Part shown: in pieces, positions 1 to 7,693 of the stretch | Layout of the letters: every line of letters begins with the position of its first letter | Position numbering within the stretch: the first letter of the stretch is position 1 | Virus record (IMG/VR): IMGVR_UViG_2724679285_000001 | Span: 1,782-65,781 of that record | Origin: a virus | Taxonomy: Duplodnaviria; Caudoviricetes | Direction: 5' to 3' (one strand) | Length of the DNA: 64,000 bases | Made by a program: the position numbers and the translations under genes | The notes under the pieces: generated by a model | Told to the model about the DNA's origin: nothing | The model's database searches: none | Seen by the model: only the letters and a program-made list of their open reading frames with translations

Positions 1-1222
1 TGATCGACTTGCCTAGGTTGAGGAACGTGTTGCCGAGATTTGTTACCCCGGTGAGGCCTTCGTCGATCCACTTCGCCAGCCGGCCATCCTGATCGGCGGC
101 GGTGATGAAGTTGGAGAACCGGGCGGCGACCCGGCCGAGCGCGTCAGCGAGCCGTGGGATCGCGTCGGAGCCGGCCGCCGCCAACGTCCCGATGCCTTTG
201 ACGAGCGGGTCGATCGCGGCGTTCGCCCGCTTCTGCCCCTCCGCGGTGTTCCCGAAGATGCGGTCCAACAGGCTGCCGGTGGAATCGGAGCCCGCGGTCG
301 ACAACAGCTGCTTGAGGGTGCCGTTCCACGCCTCGCTGATCCCGCCGAGGCCCTTGGTGACGTTCGGCATCCGCTTGGCGACGAGGTCGTCGAAGCCTTG
401 CGAGATGCCGTCGAACATCTTCGCCTGCAAGCCTTTGGTGAGGTCTTTCAGGGGGCCTTGGGTGAATTTGGAGACGGACTTCGCCACGTTCTGCGCGGCT
501 GGGTCCATGTCCTTCATCGCCTTGGTGGCTTTGTCGAGGTCGCCGTCGTTGAGGGCTTTGATGGCGTCGCCCATGCCTTTGAAGCCGAGGACGGCGGTGC
601 CGATGGATGCGCCGGCGGTGGCCCAGATGCCGGGGATGACGGCGCCGGCTTGGGCGAGTTGTTGGACGGCGCCGACGAGGTTGGTGACGGCGAGGGTGGC
701 GGCGGGTAGTGCGGAGGCGCCGAGGGCGATGCTGTTCAGGCCGACGGGCCCAGTGAGGAACCCGAGCACGCCACCACGGCCCCCGCCGCCTGATCCGCCG
801 CCACCGCCGCGGCTCGTGGGCGGCGGGCCCTTCGGCGTCGGGGCTGCTGCCGCGGCCGCCTGGTTACGCGCCAGACGCCCGTACGCGCCAGCCAGCTTCT
901 CCACCGCCACCGTCTGCGCGGTAATCGACGCCACCGACGGCATCGCCGTCTTGAACGCCTCAGCCGAGGCGGCGGCCTGCCGGTAGTTGTCGCCGACACT
1001 GTCGATGGATTTCGCCAAAGCGGCGACCGGGCCGGTCTGCTTGGCCGCCGCCCGGCCGATAGCGCTGAACTCGCGCTCAAGCCGCGACAGGTCACGCTCG
1101 GCGGCGTTCGACGACCGTCCGATGTCGCTGAGCGCGGTCTTGGCCTGCGCGGCGAGCTTGGCCAGCGCGTCGGCCCCGTCGATCGTCAGATCAAGGCGGA
1201 TGGAGCCGACGGGCGTGGTCAC
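1..1222 (-). CDS. tape measure protein, N-terminal part (runs off the left edge)
   Basis: Hand translation from GTG at 1222 (MTTPVGSIRLDLTIDGADALAKLAAQAK...) is open to the edge. Ala/Gly-rich helical sequence, located after the tail chaperone gene. Absent from the ORF track because it has no stop in the window. Confidence 0.85.
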   Translation of the reverse strand, partial: MTTPVGSIRLDLTIDGADALAKLAAQAKTALSDIGRSSNAAERDLSRLEREFSAIGRAAAKQTGPVAALAKSIDSVGDNYRQAAASAEAFKTAMPSVASITAQTVAVEKLAGAYGRLARNQAAAAAAPTPKGPPPTSRGGGGGSGGGGRGGVLGFLTGPVGLNSIALGASALPAATLAVTNLVGAVQQLAQAGAVIPGIWATAGASIGTAVLGFKGMGDAIKALNDGDLDKATKAMKDMDPAAQNVAKSVSKFTQGPLKDLTKGLQAKMFDGISQGFDDLVAKRMPNVTKGLGGISEAWNGTLKQLLSTAGSDSTGSLLDRIFGNTAEGQKRANAAIDPLVKGIGTLAAAGSDAIPRLADALGRVAARFSNFITAADQDGRLAKWIDEGLTGVTNLGNTFLNLGKSI

Positions 1223-1252
1223 CGCGTCAAGCTAGCCAGCCGGGGTGCTTGC

Positions 1253-1786
1253 TCAGCCCTTCACTTTGGCGAGTTCTTCGGCGTCCTTCTGGACCCGCTC
1301 GGCACCCAATTCCAGCACCTTCGACTGCAGTTCGTCCCATTCTTCGCCGGTGTATTCGGGGTCTTCGGGGTCCATGAGTCGGGCGATGACGCGTTCGCGG
1401 GAGGCTTCGGAGATGTGGGTGGTTTCGAAGTCGCGGACGAGTCGGGTTTGGAATTCGAGGCTGGTGGTGCCGGCGTGCGCGATGGCGTTGATCATGCCCT
1501 TGGAGGGGATTTTGATGGCGAGCTGGTCGCCTTTGAAGGTGACCCAGTCGTATTGCCAGCCGTCGGGGTGTTTCCAGTTGGCTTTCTCGGCGCGGAGCCA
1601 CTGCCAGATTTTTTCGGCTTCGAGCCATTCGGCGACGGCGGCCTTGTCGACCTCAGCTTCGGGGGCGGGTTCGGCAGTAGCGGCCGGTGTGGGTTCAGGG
1701 GGAACGGCGGCGGCGGCAGCGGGCGCCGCAGTGACGACGACTTCAGCGGGGACAGCAGCAGTGGTGGTTTCCGGGGTTGTTTCCAT
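1253..1786 (-). CDS. probable tail assembly chaperone
   Basis: Acidic ~177 aa ORF directly upstream of the tape measure gene; ATG 1786 follows the late-promoter motif. Confidence 0.5.
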   Translation of the reverse strand: METTPETTTAAVPAEVVVTAAPAAAAAVPPEPTPAATAEPAPEAEVDKAAVAEWLEAEKIWQWLRAEKANWKHPDGWQYDWVTFKGDQLAIKIPSKGMINAIAHAGTTSLEFQTRLVRDFETTHISEASRERVIARLMDPEDPEYTGEEWDELQSKVLELGAERVQKDAEELAKVKG

Positions 1787-1816
1787 GCGGGGCATGGTGC
1801 TTTGGTGGCGTGCAGC

Positions 1817-1845
1817 CCCGCCGATAAGACCGGCTTATGTAAACC
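1817..1845. other. dif/XerCD-like recombination site (CCCGCCGATAA-gaccggc-TTATGTAAACC)
   Basis: 11-7-11 layout matching actinobacterial dif arms as recalled (GCCGATAA / TTATGTCAAG); the TAA stop of ORF 1835-2119 lies in the right arm. Confidence 0.7.
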
Positions 1846-2119
1846 TGGCTTCGGTTCGAACTAACCCTTTCGCGCGGAGGCAGGCGTCGCATCGGTCGGT
1901 CGGATGGCCGCCACAAGCGTGGATTTCCAGTGGCTCAAATCCGGCCGCCTCTGCTGCGGCGATCGCATAGAGATAGCCTTCCGCGAAAGCTTTCGACGCT
2001 TCACAGAACGGGCCGTCTTCGTGGCAGCAGCCAGCCTCGTTCATCTCGTGCCAATCCCCGATCAGGGAACGGCGGGCGTCGCGTACCGATGCTTTTGCCA
2101 GCTCAATGAAGCTACTCAT
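1835..2119 (-). CDS. hypothetical Cys/His-rich protein (cassette-borne)
   Basis: 94 aa ORF whose stop lies within the dif-like arm. Confidence 0.55.
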   Translation of the reverse strand: MSSFIELAKASVRDARRSLIGDWHEMNEAGCCHEDGPFCEASKAFAEGYLYAIAAAEAAGFEPLEIHACGGHPTDRCDACLRAKGLVRTEARFT

Positions 2120-2369
2120 AGGGGGCGTCGACCTCTTCTTTGGTCACGTCAATCTCTCCTTGTGTCAAGCTGGAATTAGGTGGGTAGTTTTGCTGCGGGC
2201 CCGGTCCAACGACCTCCACCTCTCCGAGTTCGCTCACTTCCGGAATGAAGGCGCGTACCACCCTGCGGAGGTAGTCACACGCCTGCTCGGCCATCTTCTG
2301 GCCTGGTGCGCTCACGCTGATGTACGTGCCGTCGCTCAGTTCCTGCTTGTACTGCCATACATTTGACAT
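2112..2369 (-). CDS. hypothetical protein (cassette-borne)
   Basis: 85 aa ORF overlapping the start of the next gene by 8 nt. Confidence 0.5.
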   Translation of the reverse strand: MSNVWQYKQELSDGTYISVSAPGQKMAEQACDYLRRVVRAFIPEVSELGEVEVVGPGPQQNYPPNSSLTQGEIDVTKEEVDAPYE

Positions 2370-2405
2370 CTGTAACTCCCGCAGCTTGTTTATCCGACAT
2401 CGGCG

Positions 2406-2765
2406 CTAAGGCAGCAGGGCCTGCACTGCTGCACGCGCTTTTCGGCGATGGATCAGTTGAGTGCGGTAGCTGAGTTCCCTCCATGACCACTTTTGCCCAG
2501 CTAGGTTTGAGTTGGCTATTGCCAGAGCGATCTGAATTTCAGTGCTCTCATCCATTGCAATTCCTTGCCCCGCTGATACGACACACTCGACATTCAGCGA
2601 TCCCAACTCGTCGCCAATCTCGTTCGAGTGCAGGATCAGGAAGTCATCACCGCCACCAAGAAGGATGTTGTTCACGAGCCAGGATTGCGACTGCGCATCG
2701 CCCGGGGGGTAGTGATCTGCGTCCACCTCCAAGACAGCGACAATCCGCAACCTTTGTTTGCTCAT
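2406..2765 (-). CDS. hypothetical protein (cassette-borne)
   Basis: 119 aa ORF with a strong RBS (AAAGGAAACAGAG-ATG) directly after the TTATCGGCG arm. Confidence 0.65.
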   Translation of the reverse strand: MSKQRLRIVAVLEVDADHYPPGDAQSQSWLVNNILLGGGDDFLILHSNEIGDELGSLNVECVVSAGQGIAMDESTEIQIALAIANSNLAGQKWSWRELSYRTQLIHRRKARAAVQALLP

Positions 2766-2776
2766 CTCTGTTTCCT

Positions 2777-2805
2777 TTCGCCGATAACCGAGCGGAACGT
2801 AACCC
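2777..2805. other. dif-like site with perfect left arm and degenerate right arm (TTCGCCGATAA-ccgagcg-GAACGTAACCC)
   Basis: Near-identical to 59617-59645; the right arm overlaps a -10 hexamer. Confidence 0.65.
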
Positions 2806-2847
2806 GGCGACCCGACATCGGCGTGGTTTCACGGCGTGGTTTCACGG
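2796..2847 (-). promoter_or_regulatory. PafBC/RecA-NDp-type promoter (TGTCGG-N10-TACGTT) with an upstream CGTGAAAC direct repeat
   Basis: Exact match to TGTCGG-N10-TA-N3-T; duplicated at 59636-59686. Confidence 0.65.
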
Positions 2848-2997
2848 GCTCGGTTCAGGCGCGCACACCGGAATTGAGCGCACTTTGGGGAGCAGGCAAA
2901 TCCTGCGCTCCGCTCAAAGTCGGGCGGCCACAGCGGGCGCACACCTCACCGCGCGGGACCACAACCGTTGTCAGATGCAGGCATCCCCACCGCGACA

Positions 2998-3408
2998 TCA
3001 GCGCGCGGCTTCCTCGGCCGCGACCCGCTCCCCCGCATTCCGCAGAAACGGCCTGGCTTTCGTCCCCGGATGCCGCACCAACCGCGCAAACACCGTCCGG
3101 CCACCGACCTCGAACCGCAGCACCGCCGCATTCCGGGGCCGGATCACATGCGGGCGGGTGCCCTCGTGGACGTACAGGGCGTAGTCCGCGGTCGCGTGCA
3201 CCGAACCAGTAACAGTGCGGGGCCCGACGGTGCGGATGTCACCTTCACCGATTGTGCGGCCCAGATTCCCGGTCTTGACGGGCACGTCCTGCTTCGCCTG
3301 GGTGGCGGTGCGCCGCTGCAGGCGCGCCATGCGGCGGCGGGCGTGGCCGACGATTTGCCGGTCGAATTCCGGCTCGTCGATGTGGAGGGTGAACCTAACC
3401 GACGCCAT
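2998..3408 (-). CDS. HK97 gp10-like neck/tail completion protein
   Basis: Motifs VPVKTGNL, YALYVHEGT and HPGTKARPFL; head-tail position. Confidence 0.75.
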   Translation of the reverse strand: MASVRFTLHIDEPEFDRQIVGHARRRMARLQRRTATQAKQDVPVKTGNLGRTIGEGDIRTVGPRTVTGSVHATADYALYVHEGTRPHVIRPRNAAVLRFEVGGRTVFARLVRHPGTKARPFLRNAGERVAAEEAAR

Positions 3409-3799
3409 GTGTGTTGTCCCAGAGGGCGATCAGGTCGTCGCGGCCGTCGTCGTCGGTGAACGCAACACCCTGACTGGTGAGGAATGCTGCCCATTTCGCG
3501 CGGGAGGCATTGCGGGCCGGCGGATCAACCGGCTCCGGTTCGGGCTCCGGTTCGGGCTCGGGGGTGACCTCCAACAACGTCGTCGGATCAATCACCACCG
3601 GCGCCGGCAAAGACACCACATTCACCGGCTCAGCATCCAACGCCGCCACCGACTCATCCTCGACCGGCCCCGACACCAACACGTAGAAGCCGCGGCGGAT
3701 CCGCTCCCGCACACCGCGTGAATACTCCACCGTCTTACGCTCACCCGTCGGTAAATCCACGCACGGCGTCTCACTGCCCTCAACCGTCACTCTCGCCAT
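3395..3799 (-). CDS. hypothetical virion-region protein with PE repeat and C-terminal helical motif
   Basis: Starts MARVTVEG; contains PEPEPEPEP and PARNASRAKWAAFL...DDLI. Confidence 0.6.
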   Translation of the reverse strand: MARVTVEGSETPCVDLPTGERKTVEYSRGVRERIRRGFYVLVSGPVEDESVAALDAEPVNVVSLPAPVVIDPTTLLEVTPEPEPEPEPEPVDPPARNASRAKWAAFLTSQGVAFTDDDGRDDLIALWDNTHGVG

Positions 3800-3812
3800 C
3801 ACACTGCGCCCT

Positions 3813-4355
3813 TCACTCTTGAACCAGCTGAACGAAAATCGGGGCCGTCCACGCCCGCGCCTCACCCTCCGGGCCGATCGGCGCGACCGTATCCGTGGCC
3901 ACTGCACGATCCTTCGACTTCAACCGGCACACGGCCACGGTCAGCGCGGTTTCGATGCGCCACGAATCGTCCAGGGAAATGAGTTCCTCGCTGGCGATGG
4001 CGTCCCAGTCGATGTACCGGGCTTCCATGGATGCGCACCGCGCCACCCCGATCTCCAACGCCACCACCGGGATCACGTCGACGGGCCGGCAGGGACCGTC
4101 GGATACCGACACCGCGGGGAACTGGCTCCGCTTCGCCCGGTAGCGGCTGATGAGCTGCACCCACACCAACGGACCCTCCCGGCAGTCGGTCACGAGACCG
4201 GGCGGGATGCCGGGGATTCCGTTGGCCAGGAACCGCACATCCTTGGTTCCTCCGCCTTCTGGTGGGCAGTCACTGTCGGGGTCGAATACCTCCCGGAGGA
4301 CCTGGGTGACGACCTGGACGACGTGCAGTGCGGGGTCGGTGCAGGGGATGGGCAT
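3813..4355 (-). CDS. probable tail terminator / head-tail protein
   Basis: ATG 4355 overlaps the upstream stop; synteny. Confidence 0.5.
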   Translation of the reverse strand: MPIPCTDPALHVVQVVTQVLREVFDPDSDCPPEGGGTKDVRFLANGIPGIPPGLVTDCREGPLVWVQLISRYRAKRSQFPAVSVSDGPCRPVDVIPVVALEIGVARCASMEARYIDWDAIASEELISLDDSWRIETALTVAVCRLKSKDRAVATDTVAPIGPEGEARAWTAPIFVQLVQE

Positions 4356-5119
4356 CAGAGTACTTCCGACGCGCAGGCGAGGCGGTGGGGGTTGACGGAC
4401 ATGATCCACCGGTCGATTTCGGGTAGGCCGGTGAAGCCGGCGGCGATGATCTTGGATGGGTCGAAGACGTGGCTGACGCCCTTCGCTGTGGTGGCCACCA
4501 GTGTTGGCGGAATCCGGCACTTGCTGCCGTCGCAGGCGAGGATGAATTCCTTGGCCAACAGCCCCGTCAGCCGGTCGACACCGGGCGGTACGGGAAGGCC
4601 GCGCTGGTAGTCCACGGACCAGGTGCCGGGTTCGCCGAGCGGACGCGCCAAATTCTGGCCGGGCCACACCGCGCCGTTGCGTCGGTACAGCACATCACCT
4701 TCCAGTACGTAGCTGGTCGGGTCGAGGGGCTGGCCGGCGACGGTGACGACGATCGGATCATCGACGGTGGGCGGGTAGACCGGTCCGGGTAGGTGGATGG
4801 TGGTGGCACTGGACATCCGGCACGCGCCTGCACAGGCACAGTCCAGCATGCCGGAGAATTGCTCGAATCCGTACCACTGCGCGGCGAGGTACCAGGACCA
4901 GGGCCAGCCTCGGGGTGGGCAGGGGCGCAGGCGGATTGGTTCGCCGCCGAATTGGCGGCCCGTCAAGGCCCAGAGGGTTTGGGTGGCGAGGTCTTCGGCG
5001 GCGTTGCGGGCGGCGAGCGCGTCGTCGTAGGTGGCCTGCTGCTCCTCGGTGGGCGCGTCCGGGAGGTCGGGCAGCTTGGGGAGGCATGTCCGGTCTATCG
5101 GCCAGGAGAACGACGTCAC
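4355..5119 (-). CDS. head-to-tail adaptor
   Basis: 254 aa with LATQTLWALTGRQF, LAKEFILAC and TGLPEIDRWI motifs typical of actinophage adaptors. Confidence 0.7.
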   Translation of the reverse strand: MTSFSWPIDRTCLPKLPDLPDAPTEEQQATYDDALAARNAAEDLATQTLWALTGRQFGGEPIRLRPCPPRGWPWSWYLAAQWYGFEQFSGMLDCACAGACRMSSATTIHLPGPVYPPTVDDPIVVTVAGQPLDPTSYVLEGDVLYRRNGAVWPGQNLARPLGEPGTWSVDYQRGLPVPPGVDRLTGLLAKEFILACDGSKCRIPPTLVATTAKGVSHVFDPSKIIAAGFTGLPEIDRWIMSVNPHRLACASEVL

Positions 5120-5158
5120 AGGGGCACACGGTAGGTCCGCAGGGTGCTCACCAACGCG

Positions 5159-5193
5159 GAGCGGGCCGCCCCCTTGTGAGGGACGGCCCGCTC
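5159..5193 (-). terminator. GC-rich hairpin after the major tail gene
   Basis: GAGCGGGCCG...CGGCCCGCTC inverted repeat. Confidence 0.6.
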
Positions 5194-5209
5194 TGCCAGT
5201 CGCGCGTGG

Positions 5210-6316
5210 TTACGCGGGATCGATGTGCAGGGTCGGCGTGGTGCCACCAGTCAGGTTGTTATCCCCGACCGTCACCGTCACCCCAGCAGGCGGGACGATG
5301 GTCACCGTGCCCGCCGGCAGGTTCGTGCCCGACGTGGTCCAATCCGACGCGCTATAGCCATCGTCCAGAGCCACCAGAGCGGTCTTCACATTCGCCGGCG
5401 TCGCGTTATACACGATCGTGCCCGTCTCATCGGCCGGCTTGTCCAGATACGAAACAGCCAACGAGAACGTGCCACCCGTCGGGGAGCCCGTGATCGTCAA
5501 CTCCACACCCTCAGCCGAAGCCGGCTGATCCGGCGCCACATCCGCCGCCGCCTCATTCGCCGGGCCCGCGATGTAGTAATTCGGGGCCGTGAACACCGAC
5601 TGAACAGCCAGCGGCACAAGACCATCCGTCTCAGCCGGCGGCGCAACAGGCGTCTTGAAGAACGTCACATGCCGCTTCTTACCCACCGGCGACAACAGCC
5701 GCCCCGGAGTGTTGTTCCCGTCGATACGGGCCACGTTGTACGGGCCGCGATGCCAGTACGGACCGGGGATCGTAATACCGGAGAAGCCCAACTCCGACGG
5801 GTTCTCCGAGATGGCGTAATCACCGGACGGAATCCACTCCGTACCGAAGAACAACCAGTAACCGAACTCGGCGCCGGTGCCCTCCACCGAGAAGATCGCA
5901 TCCGACTCCGGCAGCGGGCACGACTCATCGGTCATCGCATCCGACCACACCTCGATCGCCACACCGCGCGTGTTGGACACGTCGGCGCCGTCGGCGAAAC
6001 CGATCGGGGTGTCGTCGTAGTCGAGGATCTGCTCGTACCCGGCGATCAGGGAGTACAGGGCGGGGTCAGCGCCGCAGGTCTTGATGTCGATGTTGTACCG
6101 CTGGAATTCCGGCGGGGTCCGCTTCTTGAAGCAGTCCTTGCCCTCGGCGTTCTTCTGCGTCTTCTCCTCGGCGGCGGTGACGTCCGGCGAGAGGGTGACG
6201 GAGATGAATGCGTTGGTGACGATGCGGTTTGACGCCCCTTGGATGGGCTTGCCGCATGCGTCGATGGCGGTGGCGCGTAGTGCCTTGCCGAAGATGACGG
6301 GAATGGCGCCGCTCAT
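5210..6316 (-). CDS. major tail protein with C-terminal Ig-like extension
   Basis: RATAIDACGKP and KNAEGKDC motifs; C-terminal GSPTGGTFSL...YNATPANVKTAL domain. Confidence 0.8.
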   Translation of the reverse strand: MSGAIPVIFGKALRATAIDACGKPIQGASNRIVTNAFISVTLSPDVTAAEEKTQKNAEGKDCFKKRTPPEFQRYNIDIKTCGADPALYSLIAGYEQILDYDDTPIGFADGADVSNTRGVAIEVWSDAMTDESCPLPESDAIFSVEGTGAEFGYWLFFGTEWIPSGDYAISENPSELGFSGITIPGPYWHRGPYNVARIDGNNTPGRLLSPVGKKRHVTFFKTPVAPPAETDGLVPLAVQSVFTAPNYYIAGPANEAAADVAPDQPASAEGVELTITGSPTGGTFSLAVSYLDKPADETGTIVYNATPANVKTALVALDDGYSASDWTTSGTNLPAGTVTIVPPAGVTVTVGDNNLTGGTTPTLHIDPA

Positions 6317-6400
6317 GCCTGGCAGTCCTCCTGTGTTGGGCGCGTGGCGCCGTTCCGTTTCCGGGGTTGGTGCGGACGGTAATCAGGCATGGTGCAGTGC

Positions 6401-6799
6401 CTATCCGGTCTTCTGCGCGGCGCGGATGGCGTCGATCGCGGCTTGCTTGTTGGGTTCGCCGGTGGTGTCCAACGCCGGGGTGAGTTTGGCGGCGAAGTCG
6501 TCGATGGCCTTGCGGGACCAGTCCATATCCGGCTGACCGTCGTCGTAACCCTTCGCGTCCTTCGCGTTCTCCTCCGCCGGCGCCGGGGTGCCGTCGTCGA
6601 GAAGACCAGCCGCCCGCACAACCGACTCCGGCGCCGTATACGACCACGGCCGCGTCCGCTTCACCACCACACCAGGCGACAAACCAGCCGCAGCGACCGC
6701 CTCGAACAGCTTCGCCAACGACGGACCCCGCAGGCTCCCGTCCACGAATTCGATAGTGGCGACACCATCCTCGACACCCACCGCGATTCCCTCAGGCAT
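6401..6799 (-). CDS. hypothetical virion-region protein
   Basis: Starts MPEGIAVGVEDG with an RBS; lies between capsid and tail genes. Confidence 0.55.
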   Translation of the reverse strand: MPEGIAVGVEDGVATIEFVDGSLRGPSLAKLFEAVAAAGLSPGVVVKRTRPWSYTAPESVVRAAGLLDDGTPAPAEENAKDAKGYDDGQPDMDWSRKAIDDFAAKLTPALDTTGEPNKQAAIDAIRAAQKTG

Positions 6800-6813
6800 C
6801 AGACCTGCTCCCC

Positions 6814-7590
6814 TCAACTGACCTCGACGGCAGCGACTGCCATCTCGTATGCGACGACCAGCGACCGCTCCGCGACCGCCAAGAACTCCTCCACATGAGT
6901 GCTCGGCGCATCCTGAACGGTGACCTCGCCGCGCCACCCGAACACCGGACTGGTCACGACCAACTTGTCGCCCAAGCCATCCACGTAGCCGCCGCCGAAC
7001 ACCCACTGATGCCCCAAAGGCGTGACGAGTTTCCCGTTCAGGTAACGGATCAAGCCCTTCGACGCGGCCGGGGACGCCCACTGCGCACCCGCATGAATCA
7101 CGCCCAGCGTGTTGGTCTTCGCGACCGCCGCCTCCAACGCCCCCACCGCGGCGACGATGTCCGCCACCGCCGCAGCAGTTCCGGCGTCCGCCAGCAGCCG
7201 CGGCGCCAGGAACGTCTCCACCGCGTTCGGTTCCTGCAGGCGATGCACCTGCTGCGCCCGGGTACGCACCTCATCCTGCGACACCTTGCGTGTGTCGCAG
7301 CGGTCGGACGCCCACGTCGTCAACGGCAGGAACGTGTCCGGGAAATCCGGCCGCTCCCCGAGCTTCACGTCCGTCTGCGGATCCAGGTCAGCTTCTGCGA
7401 CGCACCAATCCGCCTGCCACACACCGAACTGTGTCTCGCCGCCGTAGTTGAACACCCGAACGTCCACACCGGATGTCAGCCAGCGCAGCGGGCCCTGTTC
7501 GTCCTGCCACGCCACCGCATCCCACAGGCCGTTCGGTGCGGGGTTGACCAGCGGCGCATCGAACACCACCGGAGCGAAACCAGTTGTCAT
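6814..7590 (-). CDS. major capsid pentamer protein (cluster-B-like)
   Basis: 258 aa following the large capsid gene; APLVNPAPNGL and TPLGHQWVFGGGY motifs. Confidence 0.7.
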   Translation of the reverse strand: MTTGFAPVVFDAPLVNPAPNGLWDAVAWQDEQGPLRWLTSGVDVRVFNYGGETQFGVWQADWCVAEADLDPQTDVKLGERPDFPDTFLPLTTWASDRCDTRKVSQDEVRTRAQQVHRLQEPNAVETFLAPRLLADAGTAAAVADIVAAVGALEAAVAKTNTLGVIHAGAQWASPAASKGLIRYLNGKLVTPLGHQWVFGGGYVDGLGDKLVVTSPVFGWRGEVTVQDAPSTHVEEFLAVAERSLVVAYEMAVAAVEVS

Positions 7591-7611
7591 GCCGTCCCCT
7601 TCAAGCCGGGA

Positions 7612-7660
7612 AGGCGGGCGGCGTGAACCAACCCCGGATGGTTATCCACGCCGCCCGCCT
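7612..7660 (-). terminator. 14-bp-stem hairpin between the two capsid genes
   Basis: AGGCGGGCGGCGTG...CACGCCGCCCGCCT perfect inverted repeat. Confidence 0.6.
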
Positions 7661-7693
7661 CGTCCATTGCGACCTCTCAGCCGTCCCCTGCGG

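Noticed and set aside
1227-1795. Programmed frameshift in the tail assembly chaperone
   Set aside because: No clear slippery heptamer, and no room for an extended second ORF before the tape measure start.
2819-2847. GTTTCAC repeats as a CRISPR array
   Set aside because: Only two units with a 12-13 bp period, no spacers and no cas genes.
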